Positions 12,401 to 24,400 of a DNA stretch of 64,000 nucleotides are shown here, piece after piece. This DNA comes from Pecten maximus (Eukaryota): positions 41,540,001 to 41,604,000 of the forward strand of contig NC_047023.1 in NCBI RefSeq assembly GCF_902652985.1, written 5' to 3'. The translations under genes were made by a program, and so were the position numbers. The notes under the pieces are model-generated. The model saw only the letters and a list, made by a program, of their open reading frames with translations, did not search any database and was not told the origin of the DNA. Every line of letters begins with the position of its first letter. Within the stretch, counting starts at the first letter, position 1.

Positions 12401-15400
12401 TGACCCCCGAGGGGCCAAAGGGGCGGGGCCCAATAGGGGAAATTAAGGTAATTCCTTTAAATCGCTACTTGTCATAAAGTTATGAATGGATTTCAACCCA
12501 ATTTGGTCAGAAACATCCTTGGGGGAAGGGGAAGAGATTTTGCATAAATGGTAGCTCTGACCCCCGAGGGGCCAAAGGGGCGGGGCCCAATAGGGGAAAT
12601 TAAGGTAATTCCTTTAAATCGCTACTTGTCATAAAGTTATGAATGGATTTGAACCCAATTTGGTCAGAGATATCTTTGGGGGAAGGGGAACAGATTTTGC
12701 ATAAATGGTGGCTCTGACCCCAAAGGGACTAAAGGGGCGGGGCCAAATATGGGAAATAGAGGTAATTCCTCTAAATCACTACTAGTCATAAAGTTATGAA
12801 TGGATTTGAACCCAACTTGGTCAGAAACATCCTTGGGGGAAGGGGAAAAGATTTTGCATAAATGGTGGCTCTGACCCCCCAGGGGCAAAAGGGGCGGGGC
12901 CCAATAGCGGAAATAAAGGTAATTCCTTTAAATCACTGCTAGTCATAAAGTTATGAATGGATTTGAACCAAATTTTGTCAGAAATATCCTTGGGGGAAGG
13001 GGAACAGATTTTGCATAAATGGTGGCTCTGACCCCCAAGGGGCCAAAGGGGCGGGGCCCAATAGGGGTAATAGAGGTAATTCCTTTAAATCACTACTAGT
13101 CATAAAGTTATGAATGGATTTCAACCCAATTTGGTCAGAAACATCCTTGGGGAAAGGGGAACAGATTTTGCATAAATGGTGATTCTGACCCCCGAGGGGC
13201 CAAAGGGGCGTTGCCAAATATGGGAAATAGAGGTAATTCCTCTAAATCTCTACTAGTCATAAAGTTGTGAAGGGATTTGAACCCAATTTGGTCAGAAACA
13301 TCCTTGGGGGAAGGGGAACAGATTTTGCATAAATGGTGGCTCTGACCCTAAAGGGGCCAAAAGGGAGGGGCCCAGTTGGGGAAATAGAGGTAATTCCTTT
13401 GAATCGCTACTAGCCATCAAGTTATGAATGGATTTGAACTCAATTTGGTCAGAAACAGGGGAACAGATTTTGCATAAATGGTGACTCTGACCCCCGAATG
13501 GCCAAAGGGGCGGGCCCAATAGGTGAAATAGAGGTAATTCCTTTAAATCGCTACTAGTCATAAAGTGATGAATGCATGTTCTATAAGCAATTCTTGAGGT
13601 CTTTCAGACCTTAGAGAGTCTGGACTTCATTAATCTTTAAAGCAGTTGGGATTCCCACACTATAACCATATATAGCATTGTTAGAATTTTACAAATAAAA
13701 CAATTTGAATATGAACATTATTTCAACATTTGGTCTAATCCAACCAGGTGAGCGATACAGGCCCCATGGGCCTCTTGTTGTTATGCATCTTCAGAAAAAT
13801 GTCTCGTTTGTCCCCATTTTGGAAAGATGACAAATTCTTTTTGTTTACTGGGAACTCTGGTATTCGTATTATTTTTTAAATCTCTGTGAATATCTTGTAT
13901 CTAGACAATGTAAATTGTAAATCCGGGTCGTTTTGCAGGGAGAGAGATGTTCATTTACCATCCAGATGTGGAACTACCACATGCGAGGCCTTCGCCATGA
14001 TGCCTGGTCTATGTGTCCTCCGCGTCTTGGTCAGCGAATCTACAGCAAAGTTTTACACGAATCTATACACATTCTTGCCAAGAGATATGCTCATGCTAAA
14101 CCTTCCTACAGGCGAACAGAACAGTACAGGTAAGTTAACATTATTACACATAAAGAGTTCGTGAAAATAGTAAGTAATATCTATCTTATCCTGGATTGCC
14201 TTAGTTATTTGCTTTACGAAAATGCGAAGTAAGTCACTAAATATAAGTGATAAAGACCTTTACGAAATACGAAATACCTCACTAATAAAAATGATAAAGA
14301 ACTTTACGAAAATACGAAATTCCTCACTAATATAAGTGATAAAGACTTTTACTTGGATTTTATTTCTACTCACAAAAAATATGTATTCACAATCATTATT
14401 TATTGAAAGCTGGCTGGATCCGAACCACCACGTGTCATTTAGTTATATACACTAATGAAGTATATAGGGCCAAATTTTGATTATACATGTAAATGGAGCC
14501 CAATTCCAGACCATAGAGACCTAGAAAATCTCTTGTGAATTGTTAAACTTTAGAAAACTGTCATTTTTGTTTCATTTAGAACGGACGTGTTGTCCATACT
14601 ATTATGTATGGGAGAACTCCTGCTGCCAGCGTGTAGCTCAGTCTCTATGTACCTGGACGTCGGTCACTCTCAGCTACCCCACTACCTCATACAAAACCTT
14701 TGTTCCACTCTACTGGCCAGTGTAGCCATTGTCACATCTCCCTTGGACATCTTATACAAGTAAGTAATGAGATGTAGCAGCATCTAATACTTATACGTTA
14801 GGTATGAGACTTAGCACCATCTACTTACACAAGTACAAATTCATAATTCAAATTCGTTTTTAGGACTTGGCACCATCTAATTCTTATGCAAATTTTGAGA
14901 TGTAGCTGTTGTCATGTAAATTTTTAATTGTTTGAATAATTTTATGTGTTCAAGAGTTTTCAAGAGAGGGTTCTATGACTGCTCCGACAAACAGACATCA
15001 GAAATTGTCTCTCCAGTAGAGGACGTCCCCGGATCGAACACAGACTGGTTGTCATGGATACAGCCAACCATATTCCAGGCGGGACACAAGCAGTGAGTGT
15101 GCATTTATTTATATTATTTTTATAGATAAATCATTTCACCAAAAGCAAGGAAAGCTTATGTATGAATTGTGTCTGTAATAAGAACCACTGACAAACTATA
15201 TCTGTTTGGGGAGATCTCTGTTGTGTAATTAATCTAAGTAGGATATTAAGCTATGATTATAGAAACTACTAGAATTGGTCAAAAATTTTATCATAAAATT
15301 GACCAAGAAATGACTAAAATGGTTCGCAAAAAGATGATTTGATCATAAAAATGACCTAAGTGTAATATTAAGCCATAAAGATAGATACAAATGGAATTGG

Positions 15401-18400
15401 TCGTAAAAAGATGATTTTGTGATTCATGTTTTCTGTGTGTAGCTACGACGACATGCAGACAACAACAGCGCTGTACATCCAGTGTAAACTTCTCTTGAGT
15501 CAGCCGGAGATTGACTGGGCCATGATCGTCAAGGTACTATTATAGAATACACCTCTTCTGCAGATACTGTAGATGGATCAGAGTATTTCTTCTGTTAATT
15601 AGCACATTATGTCTGTCTGTGTGTCACTTTAATACATATTTCTTGGCTTATAATTGGGTATTTTTATAGGGCTAAATTTTCACAATTATATCATGAAATT
15701 GAATGTTTCCAGATGATGTATGAATTTTTAAAGAAATGTTGAGTTTCGATTACATAACTTTTTTTTATCTCATCTTAATACCTTCTGGTCCAATTAACAA
15801 TTGGACAGAAGCTTTTAAATTCTGATTTTGTCTGAAGATTTGAAGCAATACATGTACAGGTGATTGTATTTTCTGATTATACTTCAGGCATTGGTGATGA
15901 AGAACTTCACACTGCCAATACTTTTCCTGACACAGAGTGTTCTCAATCCATATCGGAACTCCCACAATTCACCAAGGAAGGAAGTGACCTCTAATGTCAC
16001 AGCTTTGACCTCCGACCCAGATGTCAAACAACTTTTTAATTCCATTGTCAGCGTTCTGTCAAAGTGTTCCCAGCATTTCCCTGATGCTGTTGCTAAAGCA
16101 ATAGTCCCAGTAATCGATCGGTATGTGTCTCGACTATTGTATACTTTGTATTTATCAGTGTGTCTCGACTATTGTATACTTTGTATTTATCAGCGCTGTA
16201 CATCCAGTGTAAACTTCTCTTGAGTCAGCCGGAGATTGACTGGGCCATGATCGTCAAGGTACTATAGAATACACCTCTTCTGCAAATACTGTAGATGGAT
16301 CATAGTTTTTCCTCTGTCAATTAGCACATTATGTCTGTCTGTGTGTCACTTTAATACATATTTCTTGGCTTATAATTGGGTATTTTTATGGGGCTAAATT
16401 TTCACAATTATATCATGAAATTGAATGTATCCAGATGATGTATGAATTTTTAAAGAAATGTTGAGTTTCGATTACATAACTTTTTTTTATCTCATCTTAA
16501 TACCTTCTGGTCCAATTAACAATTGGACAGAAGCATTTTAATTCTGATTTTGTCTGAAGATTTGAAGCAATACAGGTGATTGTATTTTCTGATTATATTT
16601 CAGGCATTGGTGATGAAGAACTTCACACTGCCAATACTTTTCCTGACACAGAGTGTTCTCAATCCATATTGTATACTTTGTATTTATCAGTAGTCCCAGT
16701 AATCGATCGGTATGTGTCTCGACTATTGTATACTTTATATTTATCAGTGTGTCTCGACTATTGTATACTTTATATTTATCAGTAGTCCCAGTAATCGATC
16801 GGTATGTGTCTCGACTATTGTATACTTTATATTTATCAGTGTGTCTCGACTATTGTATACTTTGTATTTATCAGTAGTCCAAGTAATCGATCGGTATGTG
16901 TCTCGACTATTGTATACTTTATATTTATCAATGTGTCTCGACTATTGTATACTTTGTATTTATCAGTGTGTCTCGACTATTGTATACTTTATATTTATCA
17001 GTGTCTCTCGACTATTGTTTACTTTGTATTTATCAGTAGTCCCAGTAATCGATCGGTATGTGTCTCGACTATTGTATACTTTATATTTATCAATGTGTCT
17101 CAAGTATTCTATAATTTATATTTATCAGTGTGTCTCGACTATTGTATACTTTGTATTTATCAGTGTCTCTCGACTATTGTTTACTTTGTATTTATCAGTA
17201 GTCCCAGTAATCGATCGGTATGTGTCTCGACTATTGTATACTTTATATTTATCAGTGTGTCTCGACTATTGTATACTTTGTATTTATCAGTGTCTCTCGA
17301 CTATTGTTTACTTTGTATTTATCAGTAGTCCCAGTAATCGATCGGTATGTGTCTCAAGTATTCTATACTTTATATTTATCAGTGTGTCTCGACTATTGTA
17401 TACTTTGTATATAGGCATTTGTTAGCAATTTGTTTCAACTGCAATAGTTATGGGTGGGCTTATTACAGACATATCAGGCTTATTACCAGATAAAGGCTTA
17501 TTAGCAGACATGTTAAGATATCACCAGACATATTAGGGCTTATTAGCAGACATTACTACCAGATATATATTAGGGCTTATTACCAGATACATTAGGCTTA
17601 TTACCAGATATAGTAGGCTTATTGCCAAACATAAACTCATTACCAGTCATGGACTTCTTAGTTATTACCAGACATATTAGGGCTTATTACCAGACATATT
17701 AGGGCTTATTACCAGACATATTAGGGCTTATTACCAGACATATCAGGCTTATTACCAAAAATAGGCTCATTACCAGTCATAGGCTTTTTATCAGACATAT
17801 GGGCTTATTGCCAGACATAGGCCAATTACCAGACATAAGCTCATTGTCAGACATAGGCTTATTGCCAGACATAGACTTATTGTCAGACATAGGCTAATTA
17901 CCAGACATGGGCTTATTGTCAGACATGGGCTTATTATCAGACACATGCTTATTGCCAGACATAGCAAATTACCAGACATAGGCTGATTACCAGAGATAGG
18001 CTGATTACCAGACATAAGCTAATTCCAGACATAGGCTTAGTGACAGAAAAAAAACACTAATATCTCATTACTCTATGGTAAATTTTCTGCAGATGTGGTG
18101 TGAGGAAATAACTTTACTGGAATATTATATAGAGAATATTGAATGGTTTTTCACGAGTATGACATAATATTGATATTTTCACGAGTGTGAATTATTTGTT
18201 TATTGAATCACTTTACAGGTGTGAACACTGGGTGTACATGGAGACAAAACACTTACCAGGACGAGATTTTGATGTATGTACTATTTGACTTATTCCTTAA
18301 GACATAATAAAAATATCATGTTTCTGTTTTAAACTGAAAATCTTGTCTTTAGTCATAGCACTGACGATTATTTGATTCATGTCACAACCTGTTTCTATTT

Positions 18401-21400
18401 TAAACTGTTACCTCTGTCCTGAAGTCCATTTGATACATTAATATGATGGACAAATATGTATCAATAGATAGAGATTATTTCATTTAATTTGGGAATACCT
18501 CTTGTGAATATTTATGTAAATATTTTATTGGGTAATTATTTCATTTAATTTGTGAATATATCTTGTGAATATTTATGTAAATATCTTATTGGGAAATTAC
18601 TTCATTTAATTTGTGAATATCTCTTGTGAATATTTATGTAAATATCTTATTGGGTAATTATTTCATTTAATTTGTTAATATCTCTTGGGAATATTTGTGT
18701 AAATATTTTATTGTGTGAAGTTTCCTGTACACTGTCCTTCTAGTGTTATTAACAGCAGAATCTACTGTATGTAGGTGAATTATATTTTCCAAGAGATTTT
18801 AACATTTTTTACCAGCACTTCAAAGAGACAAACTTCAATATGTGATCAAATATTCTGGACAAACGAAAAAAGAAAAAACACCATAAGGCAGTGATTGTTC
18901 ATTGTGTTAAATATAAAATATTAAAAGGGCAATGAAAATTAGTTTGTCTCAAAGTAAAATTATTTTCTTTACTTATAGATTCCTGTTTGGATGTACACAA
19001 TATTTGACCTGATGGAACCGTTCGTACTCAGGTTAGTCTGCTTTCTGTGGTTTTATCAGTTTTAGATATTCGTTTGTAAATTATCTCTTAATTCTATATT
19101 CATTAGAAAGTATCTCACAAACCTGAAACCGTACTTTTATTTGACAGAGTACTGAAGCCAGTGTTGGAATATCTGGTGACTAGTGACCGCTCTGGGACAT
19201 CAGATTCGACCGGTGATGACCGTACTAGCTGAGCTTCCCTGTGGCTGCCCTCCACATAACCCTCCTCCTACCAAGTCACATAAATTTGATGGTTAGTTGC
19301 ACTTGCTTGTTAAAATTTAATGTTTAAATTTCAAACATATCAAAATAAATATCAATACAGAGTTCATAATATTTTACATTATTTCCCTAAAATGTGTATA
19401 AATCATATTGAGTATGTCTGGGGAATATACATGAGCGTGACTCCATTAATGTGTGTTGTTGATCCAGCCAATAAGGAGTTTATTGACGTCTCCCTTCGCA
19501 CTCTGTTGGGCCAAATGGCCGAGGATGTGTACGTGCTGCCGACGTCTGTGTGTATACTGATGCGTATGATGCAGGAACAGTGCACGATGAAGGGAATCAA
19601 GTCACCCCACAAATGTGTCAGCCTCAAGGTAAGTCAGCCAGTGTACAACTGAAGGGAATCAAGTCACCCCACAAATGTGTCAGCCTCAAGGTAAGTCAGC
19701 CAGTGTACGACGAAGGGAATCAAGTCACCACACAAATGTGTCAGCCTCAAGGTAAGTCAGCCAGTGTACGACGAAGGGAATCAAGTCACCCCACAAATGT
19801 GTCAGCCTCAAGGTAAGTCAGCCAGTGTACGACGAAGGGAATCAAGTCACCCCACAAATGTGTCAGCCTCAAGGTAAGTCAGCCAGTGTACGACGAAGGG
19901 AATCAAGTCACCCCACAAATGTGTCAGCCTCAAGGTAAGTCAGCCAGTGTACGACGAAGGGAATCAAGTCACCCCACAAATGTGTCAGCCTCAAGGTAAG
20001 TCAGCCAGTGTACGACGAAGGGAATCAAGTCACCCCACAAATGTGTCAGCCTCAAGGTAAGTCAGCCAGTGTACGACGAAGGGAATCAAGTCACCCCACA
20101 AATGTGTCAGCCTCAAGGTAAGTCAGCCAGTGTACGACGAAGGGAATCAAGTCACCCCACAAATGTGTCAGCCTCAAGGTAAGTCAGCCAGTGTACGACG
20201 AAGGGAATCAAGTCACCCCACAAATGTGTCAGCCTCAAGGTAAGTCAGCCAGTGTACGACGAAGGGAATCAAGTCACCCCACAAATGTGTCAGCCTCAAG
20301 GTAAGTCAGCCAGTGTACGACGAAGGGAATCAAGTCACCCCACAAATGTGTCAGCCTCAAGGTAAGTCAGCCAGTGTACGACGAAGGGAATCAAGTCACC
20401 CCACAAATGTGTCAGCCTCAAGGTAAGTCAGCCAGTGTACGACGAAGGGAATCAAGTCACCCCACAAATGTGTCAGCCTCAAGGTAAGTCAGCCAGTGTA
20501 CGACGAAGGGAATCAAGTCACCCCACAAATGTGTCAGCCTCAAGGTAAGTCAGCCAGTGTACGACGAAGGGAATCAAGTCACCCCACAAATGTGTCAGCC
20601 TCAAGGTAAGTCAGCCAGTGTACGACGAAGGGAATCAAGTCACCCCACAAATGTGTCAGCCTCAAGGTAAGTCAGCCAGTGTACGACGAAGGGAATCAAG
20701 TCACCCCACAAATGTGTCAGCCTCAAGGTAAGTCAGCCAGTGTACGACGAAGGGAATCAAGTCACCCCACAAATGTTTCAGCCTCAAGGTAAGTCAGCCA
20801 GTGTACGACGAAGGGAATCAAGTCACCCCACAAATGTGTCAGCCTCAAGGTAAGTCAGCCAGTGTACGACGAAGGGAATCAAGTCACCCCACAAATGTGT
20901 CAGCCTCAAGGTAAGTCAGCCAGTGTACGACGAAGGGAATCAAGTCACCCCACAAATGTGTCAGCCTCAAGGTAAGTCAGCCAGTGTACGACGAAGGGAA
21001 TCAAGTCACCCCACAAATGTGTCAGCCTCAAGGTAAGTCAGCCAGTGTACGACGAAGGGAATCAAGTCACCCCACAAATGTGTCAGCCTCAAGGTAAGTC
21101 AGCCAGTGTACGACGAAGGGAATCAAGTCACCCCACAAATGTGTCAGCCTCAAGGTAAGTCAGCCAGTGTACGACGAAGGGAATCAAGTCACCCCACAAA
21201 TGTGTCAGCCTCAAGGTAAGTCAGCCACCTGTATTTCTCCTTGTTACATAGTTTACCCTGTACTAAGCCCAGAAGGTCAGTATGGAGCCTCTGAACAGTC
21301 GGGGGATGGGCATACAATTACAGGAAAATATAATTTTGGTTATAATTTTGATGAACAACAATAATAAGTGTTGGCTTATTGCAGTCCATAGTGTGTCTTG

Positions 21401-24400
21401 TATAGAATCACCAGAATTCTCAGAATTGCCAGTCAAAGAAATGAGGAGGGGTACCAGTTTGGCCCATTCTACAGCCCCCTCAGTGATTTTTGTATAACAT
21501 AATGTACACATCCCATTTTGTTGGAAAAAACTGTAGAGTCATCTGCAAATATTCTATGCAAAACCAATTTTGGGTGGACTGATTAAATATATTGGAGTCA
21601 AACTGGGGAGGTTAAAATGAAATTTCATCGTTGAAGATTCAATACAAATTCAATATGAGAATAAAAACAATATTCAGAACTAGACCTACTTGTAATTGGT
21701 TTTATAAGTTGATTGATGCTGAATATGTACTCTGTGAAGCTCCTTCCCTCTGCAGGCCGTGGGGACAAGGTACCACCAACTTGCCAAGGAGGTCATTGTT
21801 AATATGTTTTTTTGTGGTGTTTACTTAATGTGATGTTTTGTTGATGTTCAGATTATTGCGAGCTGTTTGAAGTGTAAGCTGTCGGACTTCAGCTTTATAC
21901 AGTCCGTCACTGGAGTGACACTTAGTCAGAGTGATAAGGATCTACTACTTCTGTTGGCCGACTGTATCTACAGCACGCTTGTCTACACCAAATGTGAGTA
22001 ATCAGACTTACAAGGCTCTACTGTACATACAAACCAAAGTGTCCAGACTAATAAGGCTCTACTGTACACACAAACCAAAGTGACTAACAAGGTTCTACTG
22101 TACACACAAACCAGAGTGTCCAGACTAACAAGGTTCTACTGTACACACAAACCAGAGTGTCCAGACTAACAAGGTTCTAATGTACATACAAACCAGTGTC
22201 CAGACTAACAAGGTTCTACTGTACACACAAACCAGTGTCCAGACTAAAAAGGTTTTACTGTACACACAAACCAGTGTCCAGACTTACAAAGTTCTACTGT
22301 ACACACAAACCAGTGTCCAGACTAACAAGGTTCTAAGGACATACAAACCAAAGTGTCCAGACTAACAAGGTTCTAATGTACATACAAACCAAAGTGTCCA
22401 GACTAACAAGGTTCTAATGTACATACAAACCAAAGTGTCCAGACTACAAGGTTATACTGTACATACAAACCAAAGTGTCCAGACTAACAAGGTTATACTG
22501 TACATACAAACCAAAGTGTCCAGACTAACAAGGTTCTAATGTACATACAAACCAAAGTATCCAGACTAACAAGGTTTTAATGTACATACAAACCAAAGTG
22601 TCCAGACTAATAAGGTTTTAATGTACATACAAACAAAATTTTAGCCAGTTTGATGAAATTATTGTCTTATCACTGTTAACTAATCAGTAGAAATCTTTCT
22701 GTTTTAGCTAAGAGTCAGGGGACTCCCCGCTTGGCAGGGAAGTTCTGTAAAGAAAACAAGGAATGGATTGTGGAAAGGATTCAGAGCATTGGTAGCTACA
22801 TCAGCAGCGAGTGAGTATTACACAAACGTTTAAAATTCAATTTTAAATTTCAATGCTAAATTTGAACATGAAACAATACACAGAAAGATGATTGCAAAGT
22901 AATATTTTCTGTATATTTGGATCATGGAATTATTTTGATGGACATTTGTAATACATTTATGCATCCTTGTGGTACACATGCATTTTATATGCACATCAAA
23001 GTCTGTCAACAGTTGTTTTATGGCAGGTTTTTTAGTGGTCTACAGTTATTCAGATAATGTGCTAAATTTTCTGAAATTTTGGCATGAATGTTGTTGTGGG
23101 GTAAAACAAAGATAGCATAGATTTATTTTTCAATTTTTGGTGTTTTTTTTTTGTAAATTTGTATATTTTTTTAACATAAATAGAGTCAGATGGGTGAATT
23201 ACTTGTATTTGTGGTTCTCTAGTTTGTAAAATGGCTTTTCGATTTACTGTTACCTGTGATTAATTTTATTGATCCATCAAAATAATTTGTAACCATAAAA
23301 ATATGACATGCTGTCTACCAACTTCTCATTTACAAATGTGACAAATGAACACTGAAATAAAATTTGGAATGTTTAACAGGATATTTGAGACTGACGACAG
23401 TAATATACTAGAGCTTGCTACCAACGAGTTTATGGCTCAGCTGTTTTCATTACTGGCTAGTAACATTCTGGATACTGACACAGGTAAGTCAGTCACATTC
23501 TGGATACTGACACAAGTAAGTCAGTAACATTCTGGATACTGACACAAGTAAGTCAGTAACATTCTGGATACTGACACAAGTAAGTCAGTCACATTCTGGA
23601 TACTGACACAGATAAGTCAGTAACATTCTGGATACTGACACAAGTAAGTCAGTAACATTCTGGATACTGACACAGGTAAGTCAATCACATTCTGGATACT
23701 GACACAGGTAAGTCAGTCACATTCTGGATACTGATACAAGTAAGTCAGTAACATTCTGGATACTGACACAGGTAAGCCAGTAACATTCTGGATACCGACA
23801 CAGGTAAGCCAGTAACATTCTGGATACCGACACAGGTAAGTCAGTAACATTCTGGATACCGACACAGGTAAGCCAGTAACATTCTGGATACCGACACAGA
23901 TAAGTCAGTCACATTCTGGATACTGACACAAGTAAGCCAGTCACATTCTGGATACTGACACAAGTAAGTCAGTAACATTCTGGATACTGACACAGGTAAG
24001 CCAGTCACATTCTGGATACTGACACAGGTAAGCCAGTAACATTCTGGATACTGACACAAGTAAGTCAGTAACATTCTGGATACCGACACAGATAAGTCAG
24101 TAACATTCTGGATACTGACACAAGTAAACCAGTAACATTCTGGATACTGACACAGGTAAGTCAGTAACATTCTGGATACTGACACAGGTAAGCCAGTAAC
24201 ATTCTGGATACCGACACAGGTAAGTCAGTAACATTCTGGATACTGACACAGATAAGTCAGTAACATTCTGGATACTGACACAGGTAAGTCAGTAACATTC
24301 TGGATACTGACACAAGTAAGTCAGTAACATTCTGGATACCGACACAGATAAGCCAGTAACATTCTGGATACCGACACAGGTAAGTCAGTAACATTCTGGA

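Noticed and set aside
11855-13561. Several similar - strand ORFs
   Set aside because: Translations of the 157-bp HINE internal repeat; no transposase motifs.
16576-17425. ORFs suggesting additional exons
   Set aside because: Derived from the duplicated segment and repeat; in-frame stops when spliced in the gene's phase.
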